Of a stretch of 64,000 bases of DNA, positions 38,370-52,700 are shown piece after piece. Both the position numbers and the translations under genes were made by a program. The first letter of the stretch is position 1; each line of letters starts with the position of its first letter. The notes beneath the pieces were generated by a model that was not told the DNA's origin, made no database searches, and worked only from the letters and a program-made list of their open reading frames with translations. Source of the DNA: Phoronis australis (lineage: Eukaryota; Animalia; Phoronida); contig NMRA01000158.1 of the NCBI GenBank assembly GCA_002633005.1, positions 428,733 through 492,732 of the forward strand, written 5' to 3'.

Positions 38370-41300
38370 CAGGCCCGTAGGAACGGAAAAATATGGGGGG
38401 GGGGGCACAAACCAATTTGACTTCGCCAACCTACCCCCTTGCTATCAGCACCCCTCCCCCCGTTCTCTGTGTGTCACCATATTTGTACTGCACCCCACCC
38501 CCGACGACCGCCATAGGTGGAGGTAATACCGGGGATGCAACCATCGGAATTTGAGTAACCGTGAACCAACAGTTTCACGGAGAGTACGAGTTGGTCTAGG
38601 GCCATCACACTGACGGGTAGATGGGAGCTGCCTGAAGTAACTATAGCTGGGTTCCAACAGTGGATTCGTACCTATTCATCTGCTCTGGGTTGAAGGTCAA
38701 AGTTTGTTTGATTATGATCCAGTTTCGGGGAATACTTCATTTTATTAATGGCCATTCTTGGAAGTAGTTTTTTGGAAAGGTGAGGTCCCGAGGTGCCTGG
38801 TGCGAATGCCTTTGTGGCCGTTTCAGAATCCCTAGACAAAACACAGCCGGTAGTCCAGTTTCTGGTTGCTGGAGGAAATGATACAGAGTGTGTCCCAAAA
38901 ATGTACACACTTCAACGTCTGGAGTTCAAATTCAGTTTCCGTGGGTAACTGAGATTCTCTGCAGGCCTACTGCATTGTTACACCTTATTTCTAACGTGGG
39001 TGTACCACTCATGGCGTGCTCCATGCATGCGCGCACCCATGGGGAGGGGCTTGGGGGGCTCGTTCATTTGGAAAAGTGGGCAAAAAGGTCCGCTTTAAAG
39101 AAACAAAAATTCTGAGAAAAACGGGACAAAACGGGAATTCGCATATGCAGAGTTCATAATTCTGAACGAACAACGTATTCCGTTTTTTTTTAGTAAAAGG
39201 TCCACATCCTCAAAAACTCGAGCCCTCTATAGTTTTGAAGAACAAAAATTCTTTGTGCAATACTACTGGACACTAAAAACATCAAGGAAGTGCAAAGAGC
39301 ACATTTCCAATTTGATGACCGATGACTTAGATTTTATTTGTTAAATACTTAAACTTCTTTTTCGATCTATGGTTTGTAAACTTAAACCCAGTAATCTAGT
39401 TCCTAAGCCAATGAACAATTTATAGTCATTTGAATTGTGACAACATTTTGGGACACTTTGTAGATGTGTTCCAAATTCATCAATTTCCTTGAGACTTATT
39501 TCAGATAGACAAAAATCGTTTAGAGTACTTTTATATTTGGGGATCTGATGATAGATCGAATTTTCCCAATTTCCGCCTGCAACTAAGTTCATTGAAGTAT
39601 TGTCATTTCTTACAAGATTAGCTTCTATTTGTCAAAGAATCATCTCTCAATCAGTCCATTTCCATAGATACATAAACATGTAAATCAGAAACCAACAATC
39701 AAATCCTTGAGAAATGCGTTTACCTTGATTTAAATTGACTTAATTCCTGTTTGATACCCTGCTAGTAAGTTTAAGCAGCAAATCTTGTACCGAAGTCATT
39801 TGAATTGTGAGTAAATTTTTGGGAAGTGTCCAATTTTCATCAATGTCTTTCAATTGATAATTATTTAAATAGGCAAAAAGCGTAAAAGTGCACTTTCATA
39901 TTTGGGGATTGGATTATATTTTTTTCCATATTCAGGCTTCAAGTTAATTCCCTGAATCGTAATCATTTCTTAAAAGATAAGCTTGTAATTGCCAAAAATC
40001 AGCTATTCGCTTGTCGGTTTTCGTAGATACATAAACATGAAAATCAGAAACCAACGAATTTGTTGATCAAAACGGAATATTATAAGCATTTTCCGCTGGC
40101 ATGCTCGCAGATTTTTGACGGGTATCCGGGGAAAATAGGAGATTGGGTATTCATAGTAAGGTGTATTTTTCCTTATTTCCGATGTACACTGTACCTACAA
40201 CAGTTCAGGAGTTAAACTTGACCTCAAAAAAGCTGAAATATTTGTTTATTATTGCCAGTATTTGAGTACATTCGTTCGACATGTACACGGTCATCCTAAC
40301 GGTAGCCTCGACAGCAGTATTTTCCACATGTGGGAATTCCTTACAAACAATTCATAACCATATTCAAACGAGATTCTATTCTATGGGAATCCGTAACATT
40401 ATTCTTTAACTAACCATTGGAAATAGTCCTTTTGTGTAATTAGCAAATAGCGGTCTTCACGCTCTTCAAAATTCCGCCCTTTCGATTGCGGTCAATCCTA
40501 TTGCATTTTTTCACATTTATGGTTGTTTTAGTAGAATTTCTTGAAACTACTGTTCTGTGCACGAGTGTTTTGTGTTTTCTATGAATAATTTGGAATCTCG
40601 ACTTCCCTCATGAATACTTGGCAGTGTCAGATTTACATGTATAGAGGGACAAAGGGACATTTCCCCGAACTTCTCCACCGAGAGAGGGTCCCGTCTGAAA
40701 TGGGACAACTTAACTATGAAAGGCTAAATATTATCAAGCTTGAAAAAGAGTGAGAGTTCATTCCACCACAAGACGGTGCAGGAAATGACCTTCCCCAACA
40801 TGAAAGTTGTTTGCACCAATCTATGGTTGCACGAGTTCACGAAAAACAGGAAACTAGACGTAATCGAGTCCAACTTTGGGTCTTCTCTGCGTGAGTGGAC
40901 CCTTAGGAATTTGTCAATAAAAACATAGAATGTCTTCAATGGCTTCCGTCAAAGGTGGGGCCCCCCAATTTGAAAAATCATGAAATGTGCACCAATTGAT
41001 CATATCTGTCAGATCACCAATTTTTCTCAAGCGATATACATTTCAAGAAGAATGCGGTAGTTGTCTCAGTTAGCCCATGCCACAGATAGGGGCCTCTGGA
41101 AAAATGTGGTTTTTGCAGTCGCAAAATTGACTTATTAAATTTAAAAATCCAGTAAATTAATACTCTCCGCAAAAGCTTCACTTTACATTTTTTTCGATTT
41201 TTCGAAATATATGCATGATTCATTACGTGCATGTTTTCAAGTGCGTTTAGACGACCTGTGTTGCGAAAGCGAAGACCCCAACAATGTCATGTCCAGGGTC

Positions 41301-41522
41301 CTCAAAAGGTAAACCATGCAGTGATACAGAGTTGTTAAATATTCTCTAGAATTTTCTCCCTTATCCGCATTGAGCAGTGAGCAGTCTTTCTTTCCTCGAC
41401 TGTTCACGTCCCATGCGTATGTCGGTTGCTACGGTTTAACCCTGAAGCCTGAAAAGTTTTGGGGGCCTATGCCCCCCCCCCNNNNNNNNNNCCCCCCCGG
41501 CCCCTCGCTTCCTACGGCCCTG
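38370..41522. mobile_element. 3.15-kb putative TIR element with 5-bp target duplication enclosing degenerate cargo
   Basis: CTAAT|CAGGCCCGTAGGAA ... TTCCTACGGCCCTG|CTAAT; a G-run near the left end and a C-run near the right end. Confidence 0.55.
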
Positions 41523-41539
41523 CTAATATATCGTCTGCT

Positions 41540-41980
41540 GGCGCCGCTTCCTCGTAACTACATTACCAAATATTGTAGTTATTTAACTATTTTCAGGAGA
41601 TGTTACAACTTCAATGTACAGTTACAGTTGTTTTCATGTTTGTTATCTCCCTTCAGGTAATAAATCGTTACATTTAGAACTGTTTCTTTTACTAGATATA
41701 AATTGCAACCTAACGCGCAAGTACATAATAGGATGTGTTCCGCCACGTGAACAGTCTGAGTGAAGTATTTAAAAAATCTGCGGAAAAACGAAAGAAGCTT
41801 AGGAATTGGAAGCGTATGGTAAATACAAAACGTACTTCGAGAAGCGTAGATGAAGTAATATCCCACTCGACATCTTTCCGCGTATCGACCTCGACCTTCT
41901 GTCTCGGTCGATAGGTGGAATAATGTCGTGAGGGATATTACTTCTTCTACGCCAATCTCGGTACGTTTTGTGTATTTATA
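41540..41980. repeat. Dispersed repeat of unknown class, shared with about 57055-57445
   Basis: Shared blocks CAGGAGATGTTACAA, TTGCAACCTAACGCGCAAGTAC, ATATCCCACTCGAC and TCTCGGTACGTTTTGTGTAT. Confidence 0.75.
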
Positions 41981-42427
41981 ATGAATAAAAATTTTTTTTT
42001 TTGCTGTCAACATACCTTTCGTTTAAGCTAAAGTTTACTTAAAGAACTTGGTCACACGACTGAATTAATGGCAGATAGACAAATAATCAAACATCTGATT
42101 GTACAGGTGTCCTGCTTTCAGAAATTACACTAAGTTAAACATGTACAGACTTGTCGATGGGTGCCCACATGGCCTTAGGGCCAGTTACCTTAAAAACCGT
42201 GGACGTCTTTCCGTTTACCTCAAGATAATTTAAACTAAAGATGGAGCCTAAGTGAAGAATTGTAATCAATTCGTGTTAAACTTTTACATGTATCTCCAGG
42301 GTAGAGACCAGTAGACTGCAAGATATCAGTTTCAATATGCGGCAGTGAATCAGATCCCATAATTCAATATCGAAACCGTCACTGTCCAATCACCTCAAAA
42401 GCCGCCGTTTTGATAGGACAGGCTCGT

Positions 42428-42630
42428 AAGCACGAACTTTAAAATTAGCGCGTAAGTAAATAACGACATATCTATATGTGTACCTGTACAGTCTCTTCTC
42501 TACCTGTGTCGCTTGTTTTGAGTTTGTAACTGTTTCCTAGAGAATGGTTTAGTGAAATAAACCGAAACGTTGGATTGGATAGATATGAATGTCGTTATTT
42601 ACTTAAGCGCTAATTTTAAAGTTCGTGCTT
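42428..42630. mobile_element. ~200-bp palindromic MITE-like element
   Basis: AAGCACGAACTTTAAAATTAGCGCGTAAGTAAATAACGACAT ... ATGTCGTTATTTACTTAAGCGCTAATTTTAAAGTTCGTGCTT (about 42-bp inverted arms). Confidence 0.75.
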
Positions 42631-45600
42631 CTGTTCAGGCCTAAAGCAAATGTGATCAACTGGCTCGTAAGCTTCGGAGCATACTAAAAGACTTGCATTT
42701 GCTTGGCCTGGTTTTGCAAGATCTTGCTTTTCATTCAAAAAGTAAGCCTAGGCCTACGAACCCTCTACATTACTGTTTTGAAGAAGCGTAAAGAAAAGAT
42801 AGGTGATAGAAATTGCTTTTGATTATTGGTTAATACATTCATTTGTCTTCTTGTCAAATACATGGGTTACCCACCATATCACAATTCTCTCAATCATCCA
42901 CAGAGCCCATCCGCTCCAATAGGTGGCACTCAACAGTTTTTGCTGATTTTGGTCTTGAAATGTCTTGGCAGCATCAACAGTCGGTTCCACAGGATGTACA
43001 AAACCTGAAAACACGAACAGTATGCCTACACGGGACAAAAAAAAATAACAAAAAGTGAAGAAAATGGGTTCGGCCCGGCTTGACGGCAGTTTTGTGGACT
43101 AAATGGAAAGTGATTGCCACAAATAGTATTCAGTAGTTTTTTGAAGCTGTTTTGAGTAAGCAGAGTCTAGAAGTTTGGCCCGTGCTCTTGTAGAATACGA
43201 AAGTATTGTCATTTTAAGTGCATATCCTTGCTGAGTTTTGAAGTGTTGGCGCGAATCCAGGTTGCCAAAAACCTGAATTTTTGTAATCTAGAGTGTCTCT
43301 TTTCTTGCGCCGGGGTAGGCGTGAATTTGCGATTTTAGGTAAACGTAGCGAATCTCGAACTTTTTTGGTAATTTTTGGCATCTCGTTGTTTCACGGTGGC
43401 TGTAGCAAGGTAAAAGACATGGAACAATTCAATTTTGAGAAACGCCGTAGAGTGCACTTTCTGTCATCTATGCTTTTTTCAGGTGTAAGCGACATTTGTG
43501 CAAACAAGGGCTTTGATTAATCCAGGCAACTGAGAAGGCCAAACTCAGTCACTGGTACTTTGGTTTACATGTAAGTCTTTATCTACCAGGAAACGGAAAT
43601 CCTGGCATTTTCAAAGCACATAATTGTTCATTAGTGAGAAATTTTTGGCAAGAATAAAGATACCCTTCAGACAAGAGGGAATGGGCAAAATGTGGTTTGC
43701 AATACCTTTTAATGTAAATTTCTGGAATCTAGAGTGCAAGAGCATTTAGATTCTTCCTCTCTTGCCACAGCCAAGGTAGTCACGAATGTGTGGCTTTAGG
43801 TAAAAAAAGTGAAAGCACAATTTTTGGTCATTTGATCTCAAATTTTTGGCTTCCCAAATGTTCTGGTGGGCGTTGGCAATGACGACAAAAAGACACGCCT
43901 TTGTTGAATTTATTCACCCTTGAGAAACCTGCAGCGAATGCACTTTCTTAAATTATACCTTTTTTCAAGTGTCTTGTTACACGGTGTAAACAAGGGCTTT
44001 TGTTGTTCCAGACCGGCAATGACGTCAAAAAAGACACCGTAACTGTGGCCTTGAACCTATAATAAGACGATGGTGCATGCGTGTACTCAACTTAAAAATG
44101 GGGATCGAAGTTTTGAGTATGTGGACCACTTACTAAGATTCACGGGGTACGTACCATAGCTATGAGTAGAGAAATTGGCCGAATTTTGGTAGTTCCTGTT
44201 ACTTAGTGGACTTTTGTCTCGAAGTTTCTATTTTTCGGAGTTTTTGAGGGGGACGTTTTTGCCCACTTTGCCAAATTGGGGGCTCGTTCGACTCCTCAGG
44301 CGCCCCTGGGTGTGCGTATATGTGACGATGTTACAAAACGACGGGTAATGATGAAGAGGTTGGGGGAGAAAATGATGACCGAATTCCCAATTCACTCTAC
44401 GGATAAATGTTCGCAGAAACATTCTGGCGTTTCGATTAGCTGTCTGATTTCGACGAGACCATTACACAAGAGAGTCTCAAATCGGCGAATGCGACCGCCC
44501 AAACGCCATACAACTTAATTCATGAGGTCTGTTTCATTAGAAGTTAGCACGAAGGATTAAATCAATACGAAATAAAGGTTTAACCATAGACATCACAGTA
44601 TTATTATTTCAATGGATTTAACCCTATAACTGTTAGTGTAGGTTAGCCTGTAATTTTTATTAAAACTTAAAAGTTGAACAAGTAACAGAAAAAAAACTTT
44701 TGATGTACAACAAAATTATTTACAAAATTCTATCTTTGCCGAAGCATATTTTGGATTCGGTCTCGTTCCATAAGTGGTAATAAGTTCTCGGGTAAAGAGC
44801 TAACGCTTCTTGATTTGAGTAAACTTTTATCTTCACCACAGCCAAAACAAAGGATATTCGCCGACTATTTGAGTTGTGGGTGTGTTAGCGACAACAAAAT
44901 GAGAGCAGCACTTGAATGATACTGGATGCCACTTTTTAGACTTCAAAAATGAAAACTTATGCAAGCAGAGAAAATGGAAATGTGTAGAAGGTTCATGACA
45001 GAAATTATAATGGTTTTAAAAGCGGGATGACTCATCCCTACCTACTCGAAGCTCAGTGCAAAGCCCAAACGATCCTGATAACGGCTTGACATTTTTAAGT
45101 CTTTACTTTTAAGTCAGATCTGATTTTGAGACCCTTCTGAAAGGTCCCATAGTTGTAATGACACAGCATTAAATGTCTCACCTGATGATCAACGAAGAAT
45201 ATCTCTCATTTCCACTCGGTTAAATACCGTAAACCTACGCATGCCCTGGTAGGTACACCCATTGAAAGCATGAGATAAGGTTTGCAATTTGGGCCAATAA
45301 ACCGTTCGATTTTTACTACGTCGTAAATTCACTCTGATCACAAGACACTTCCAAAGGTCATACTCCCACTGAGGTAACGCCGGTTTTTCCACGACAGTCG
45401 TGGACAATTCATTGCTAATGTGACGCAACGTTTTTCACAAGAGCAAAACATTGCAATCGACGTAAAATATCTAGCTTGTCATGTAGCAGTTGCGTTGGGT
45501 CAGTATTGTAACGGCTGCCATGTTTACGCGTCCATTTGAAGATTGCAATTTTGAAAAAATAGATTAAGTAAAAACTCAAACGCCTTAGCAATGCTGCCAG

Positions 45601-48112
45601 CAAGAAGCGCTTGAACTAATTTCCATACTGTTCCTGCCGCTATTTTGATTGTGAGCTCGTCATCAAATGTGCAGAGCCAGAGGAGAGGTTCTCTGGTCAC
45701 GACGTGGCCTGAAAGAAGAAAACAAACTGCCAGCCTCCCGTTCAGTAACGCTGAGACCTCGCTAAAGAGAGGCTTCGCGAGATTACGTGAGATATTGCTT
45801 TGTATTTTAAATATAATCATCTGACTTTAGCTATTCGCGCCAACAGAGGCGATGGTCATTGCCTATAAAGGTGGGTGACAAGCCTGCCAAGGGACTATGG
45901 CCCAATGTTGCGACGAGACAAAGAGATCACGTGGTACAATTACACCAATAATCGTAGAACAAAGAGGGTCACGGTAGTGACCCGAGAATCCAAACAATAT
46001 GATAATGAGGACGAAGCAGTATAGCTTACATAAAATAATTTAATACTTAAATAATTTTTATCACTAACTACACAATCTAGTAACTTGCCTGCACATTAAC
46101 ATGCTGAATTTCCCCTGAGAATCTTAGCCACGGAAATTTAAATGTCTTGTGCCAATTTTACTAGACATCAATAGAACGCCAATCGCGTTTTGGTCGATCG
46201 TGGTAGACCGACCCGAAAAACCTACCCTCATTTTCGGATCGACGGAAATTCCCGAGAGAACCACAAACCTTTGCTTGGAAGGTAACATGCCATTTCACGC
46301 CTATAGGCCTACACATTACCTGATAGCGTTATGTTCTATTGCCAGACCAGGCGTAATTACCATGTTTATTGCCCTCAGTTACAGCCGAAATTGCGAACTC
46401 CTGATGGCGCATGTGGGCACATTGCTTGCGAGTTTCCAGCGCAGTTGGCAACAACTCAGAGTCACCAAAGCACTTGGCTTAAGAGCTAAGCAGCGGCGAA
46501 ATGGCCAATTAACATGTTTAAACAACGACGTCATGCATCGAGATTTCTTGAATAAATCCACCACTCAGGCTGTTTTTGACATGTTTAAAGCTGCATTGAG
46601 TCTTGAGAGTTTAATAAGCCGGGCAAGTCCTAAAATTATCATATGAAATCGTAAGTGGGTCACGCCCACATTGTCTTTGAAATAAGTTGCCGGCGCATTC
46701 GGCAGCAACTCAAAATGGGAGAATGACCGACTGTAACATTTTCAAACCAAATGCACACTGGTTAAGAATAATTCAATATTGACAGCCAAACAAGTGCAAA
46801 ATACAACTTTTAACAAGTGTATGCTGAAAGGTTTGTCGGAGACTGACAGACTATGCCTTCTCGCCCTAGGCTGCACTGCTTTGCATTTTTTAAACTTTGC
46901 TCACTAGATAAGTTGCCCTAAAGTGAAGGGTAGGACAACACCATTGTGATAAGGGACTGTGCTGGTTATCATTCACACGTGACTTAACGAGGTCACTGGT
47001 TCTTGTTATCAGTCAGTGATGTTGAGACATCACTAAACACTGCCCGCCATATCGCAAAAGCACCGGGAATTTTTCAGTGATAGAAAGATCCAGGGCCTAT
47101 TTTCGGAAACTGACACAGGTCCACTTTCGTATTGGGGGAGCCTTAATGAACGGACAATGAATCATGGTAATTTTTAACTGTTTATTTCTTCTGACCAAGG
47201 ATATGCAAGACAATACCGTGCATGTCCACAAACAGTACATACACCTAAGTATTACATTACTGACAGCTGCCTGGTACAAAGTAGTTGTAAGGATTACAAA
47301 CGAGCGTCTGAAACAACTACCTGATTGTAAATTAACAAAAATATAAACCACAAGATCTTAAAAAACATGTTTAGATACATACACACAAAGAGCGAAATGA
47401 TTCTGTTAAAATTCACCTGCTCTGAGCGGACTAATGGACTTCACTTTGTCAGTTTTACCACAAACACTCATGGGGATAGTCACGTGGACTCTGAATGTCC
47501 ATCACAGTTAGTACTTATGGTTTAGCAAAGCACATTTTGATTGAAAAATCAGAAACCTATGATAATAAATGCTCTCTAGTTCTACTAAAGCCTAATTCTG
47601 CCTGAAACATGCAGATAACATTCTCTTTGACACTACAAACCCTGAATAATGTCAATGTGTTTTCAAAGGTGGGTCCAGGTGCTTACACTTGGGAAATTCC
47701 CGAAGACATAATGATGTAGCTGTCCTTGCAGTGCAGACTTCCTGGTGTAGAATGTCTGATCTATGCGCCCTCTACTGCCATCCACAGAACCCATTTATAT
47801 GTAATAGCAAGCCCTATCACTGTGCACTATTTGCTGCCACTGACAGTTGAATCATAACCAAAGGCACTGACTGGTGCTGATGCTGAGCATCCAACACTGC
47901 TACTCAACATTTTTTGGTACACACAAACCCATTTTGGTGGATGTGAATTCAAAGCAGGCATGAAGTTTGATCAGCCATCTGCACCATTTATATGAATTCA
48001 TAGAAATGGTTGATACGAATTCCCATAAAGAATGAACAAAATACGATCAACCAAAGAAGCCTGAAGTGTGGTTCAAAATGATAATCCTTATAACTAGCGC
48101 CTATTTCTACCA

Positions 48113-49124
48113 TCAGTGAGGTATCTGTTCCCCAAACTTGCTTCTGTGGGCGGCATCTTTGGCTTCAAACAGAATCTACAAGACAAAGTGATGTGAAATC
48201 AATGTAAGACAATTTTAAGACAACCGCTTTATAAAAAGATCAGCTGTGTGCTCAACATGTGAAACATTAACTGTTATGAAATCCATCCACGTCATTGTGC
48301 ATTTTGCAGACTGAGGTATTTTGATGATTAAGAAATCAAATCTAGTAAGGGCTCGCCACTATATTCATAGGTAATGGCCTGATGTAAGGTACCCTAATTT
48401 TGAGAACCAGTTTTCTCCACTGAGTAACAGGCATCATACTGGTTCTCTATTTCCGGATCCTCTAACACAATTATTAATAATTATTAAATTACGTCATCCA
48501 GATTCCAACAATTATAGCTCAACAGCTCCAGTTCGATCTCTTCAACTCAAGTGAAAAGAATCATGGGACTGGCGCACTCTATGATCAAACAACTGACTTA
48601 CTGGGTGGTGGACATATGAGTCGCATGCGTAACACCACACTGACAGGTCGGCGTAACTCAGCACCACCCTATTGCCAGTCTCCAAACCATGCATCAACAT
48701 GTGCTCATTAATATATCGACCACAGTACACCTGAAACAGAGTGCATAGAATGACAACTGGTGCAAACTTCACAGATATCCCATAACTTCCCATGATGCAA
48801 GACACTAATGAAACTGAAAAGTACACACATGCTACCTTACCTGTCACATTAGAACTATTTTGAAATCTCTGCTTTGCACCTAGTATTAAAAACTAGCTGT
48901 ACAAAAGCCATTTTACTGATAAATGCTCCCATTAAACCAAGCTAGCCAATCACTTTGTTATTACTTCGTAACACTGTAAACAGACCCAGTTCTCTGTAGT
49001 TCCACCACACTCCCTACAGGGGGCAGCACAGTCCAGTACTCCACCAATGAGGAACCTCCTGGACCAGCTCAAGATGCGGGCACCAAGGCAACGGGACTAC
49101 AGCAAACATTTGGTCCGGTGGATT
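48113..49124 (-). pseudogene. HDAC6: HDAC6-like C-terminal ZnF-UBP (ubiquitin-binding) domain, three exons, frameshifted
   Basis: Exons 49124-48965 (MFAVVPLPWCPHLELVQEVP/fs/IGGVLDCAAPCRECGGTTENWVCLQCYE), 48730-48602 ([43 protein letters not shown]) and 48175-48113 (ILFEAKDAAHRSKFGEQIPH*). These match the human HDAC6 C-terminus as I recall it (PLPWCPHL...[21 protein letters not shown]...AHQNKFGEDMPH). Confidence 0.85.
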
Positions 49125-49139
49125 CTGCAGTTAGAAGAT

Positions 49140-49930
49140 GAAGTAACTATGTGCTCCAACAAAATGGTTAGACTCCTGTCATCTTTCCTGAGCTCGGTCA
49201 GACAGGGACAATCCATTTCCGGCCAACCGGTGAATTTGAGGGCCGGCACCCCCAGGGGTCTGTCCTAAGTCCGTTGCTATTTTTGATCTATGTCAACAAC
49301 CTACCAGTTCACCCAAGGGACAAAGTTCAGATATCCCAGTTCGCCGACGATCTCGGGTTCTGAACAAGTGAAAAACAGGAGACAGTTGTCCAAGCACGCC
49401 TCCAGCGGGCACTATAAAAACTGGAGGACTGGTGCTCCATCTGGCGCATCAAACTCAATGCCGCAAAATCACAGGTCATCCTGTTCCACCGCAAACGCAA
49501 ATTGCGACCGTTCAGTCTTTCACTATTTGGTGTCAGGCTCACACCAAAAGCAGAGACCACTCTGCTAGGGGTAACCCTTGATCAAAAACTGACGTTACTA
49601 CCCCACGTCGCACGCCAGAGTCAAACTTATGTATCGATTGAAGGGCACAGGGTGGGGCGCTAGGAGCGACTGCCTTCTACTGGTATACAAAATGTACTTC
49701 AGACCCCTATTCGAATATGACGCGATCAACCTGTGCTCCTTCCACAATCGAAAGACTACAGAAAGTACAAAACTGGGCGCTGAGAATTGCTCTCGGACAG
49801 CCCAGACATTCCCGAACTGACACACTACACGAGCTCAACGGAATGCAGACTGTCTCCGACAGGCTGCAGTCACTCCGCGAAGCCACACTAAGCCGCATAA
49901 GTATCCGAGACAAGCCTATTCCAGGAGCAC
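49140..49930 (+). mobile_element. Degenerate non-LTR retrotransposon RT remnant (I/Nimb/Jockey-group-like)
   Basis: GTP(Q)[53 protein letters not shown]...YFRPLFEY and LQKVQNWALR across several frames. Confidence 0.85.
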
Positions 49931-50409
49931 TTAAGGGTCCTGGCCCTATTCAACTGGTAAAAACTGTCCCGACTTGGCAGTATAAAGACAACAAAACTTT
50001 CGTGACAACCATGTACCGGAGCACTAAGGGCTCGGGCTCTGCGCTACTGGTAACTGTTCCGAAGGGGCGTCGGGGCAGTATAAAGACAACGGGGAAAAAA
50101 CTGTCCCGACGGGGCCGTATTAAGACAAACAATCAGTAGCATGACAGCTGTTGCCAACAAGCCGGCTTCACACCTAAGATGTCAATAACGCTGTTGCCAT
50201 CCAGCCAGCGTCTCGTCTCCAGAAGAAGATCAAGAACACCACCTCTACCACCACCTCTACCACCACGGCCTACCACGTCCTGCCCTCGATCCACGTCCAC
50301 ACCAACCACAGCAAGGACAGAAGGCGAGATCCTCCGTTCCTGCGAAGCTGTCTGAGGGCTTCGCCCTCATCCACTCTACTCGCCAGAATAGTCTCTCGTC
50401 ATCTCAACT

Positions 50410-51470
50410 CCATGCATATTGATATTTTGTTCACGTCTTTTGTACTTCCACATCTAGATTACTGTGACATAATCTACCAATCGGCAAAGGCTGACATACT
50501 TCTTTAATCAAGGAACTTTAGCCATAACAGGGGCATACAAAGGATTCAACACAACCAAGGTTCTAAATAGTCTCAACTGTGGAGCAAGCTAGCAACCTGT
50601 CGTAATCTCCACCTGTCCATGTATACATTCAAACATAAACAATTATTCAAACAAAATCCTCTTTGACTCTTACAGAAGACTTAACACAAGACCATGATTG
50701 CGGCAAAGCAACATTTTACACTATTCCATCTTCCCTCAGTCAAGTCTTCAAGAGATCTAGGATACTAATTTACATTGACAACTGAAATTCCTTACCATCC
50801 AAAATAAAAGAAAGCGCTTCAATCATCACTCTGAAAATAACTTTAAACTGCATACCACTACTCAAGACTTGCCAGTCACATTAACATCATTCCAACTTCC
50901 TCGCAAACATGAAATAATCCTATACAGAACAAGATGCGGTCTATTCCTAAACTACTAGAAATTTAGACATAATTTTTATAATATTTCGCCTCTGAGTTCT
51001 CGTGGAGACACTCAGACAAATGCTCATGTTTTCTTTGCTTGTAAAGTAGGCAGGGAGCAGAGGGTACAGCTTTTCCAGACACTCGAACAATATCCCAATG
51101 TTTACAAAAATATTCTGATATTTCTCTAATGTATATTTTTTCTACATGGATGTCAAAAACTCAACCCAAATGAAAATATGGTTTTATTCGAAATAGTATC
51201 AAAATTTCTTCATAATATCAATTCTCTTTGTGTGAGTGGTTAGAATGGTATACATATAAAACAACTAATTGTGCCTGAAACTTATTTATTTACATTCGTA
51301 ATCATATGTCATTGTAATCTCAACTTCAATTTTTAATTAATGTATTTCTGTATAATAATTGTATATTTCTTTGTATTTAATGTATTTAACTCAGATATAA
51401 TGCCTCTTGGCGCTTTCTGGGCAATGCATATTCATTGTACTGAAGATTTCGTAATAAACATTAAAAAACT
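50410..51470 (+). mobile_element. Degenerate CR1/L2-like LINE 3' remnant
   Basis: FVLPHLDYCDIIYQ and AITGAYKG motifs, an HVFFAC near 51025, and an AT-rich tail ending AATAAACATTAAAAAA. Ends approximate. Confidence 0.55.
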
Positions 51471-52700
51471 GTTAAGTCACAACTGACGGGAGTATAACAC
51501 AATGACAGGATGGCGTCAGAAGCAAGGCATGTGTGTGGAAAATGTTGATATTTTGCATATACTGCCGACTTCTTTCATTAAATGACTGTTCTGTTTGGTT
51601 AGAAACTGTTCTGTGTTTGCTTTCTTTAGGCCTTGCAACAATCTCTGGTACGATTTAATTTGCAGTATTTGGGGAAAATTGTGTTCCACGGTTTAATAGT
51701 CTTTCGGAGCGTATCTGTAAATACTTATTTACAGACGGGTTCCGTGTCTAAGATGCTAAAAAACAAAGCAGCTCGATGCTTCTCATCACGTGGTATCTAA
51801 AGAAGTTGGAAATTTTCGGGTGTGATCGACTTTATTCAGTTATTCAACTGGTCTTGATAAGAAAGAAAAATATTAAAAGTACAGTTACGATGATTGCATA
51901 AGAAGTGTTAAAACATGCACAAATACGCCTAACAAGAAATTCGACACAAATGGGCGAAAGACTATAGAATTAAAACTATTCAAATTATAACATACTATCC
52001 AGGGACTTAGACTTGGAAATGTTAATAAAAATACTTATAGGATGTCAAAATCAAGATTGTAAGCTATTGTACATTAGTTTGTGCAGCCGGACTTTTCAGT
52101 TTCTGTGAACTGGATCTGAGACCATCACTACACGTGGCAAACCTAAGTCTCAGTACATTAGATTTAGAGAGTCAAGGTCCAAAAACTTTCATAATTTTCT
52201 AAGACACTTTAGAACAAATGAAATCTACTTGCACGTCCCAGGTAATATGTCTATTAAGAAAAAAATAAATGTTTCACCTCGGCACCCCTTTAAATTGGCT
52301 TAATTGAAATATTCCGATCACTGTAGGTTTAATGAACCCTCAGAGCTGGGAACATTCGTAGTGAACCCTGTAACGACGATGGAACACCAACATGCTCTGT
52401 TGATAACGTTGCAGTAGTTCACACGATAACAATGTGAATCTAGATGTCGGTGACGAAACACTCTCGTACAATTTCGTACATGTAATTCATAGTGTGGGTT
52501 TATATTGTACTAAGATAAAACCCGAGGTGGTTCGTAGAGAAAAATACTTGTGCTCGGTATGATGTATTAAAAGCTTCTGATGTGACAGTATAAAGAACTA
52601 ATAACATATAGCATGCAAGTGAACATATTCGACCAATCAGAATGTGCGCAAAATATAAAACTAACCAATGGGGAAGATGAGCTAGGGCTGGGATGATTTT

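Noticed and set aside
49958-50130. Spaced repeats AACTGTCCCGAC...GCAGTATAAAGACAAC as a CRISPR or regulatory array
   Set aside because: Only about three degenerate, irregularly spaced copies directly after a LINE remnant; probably part of its 3' region.
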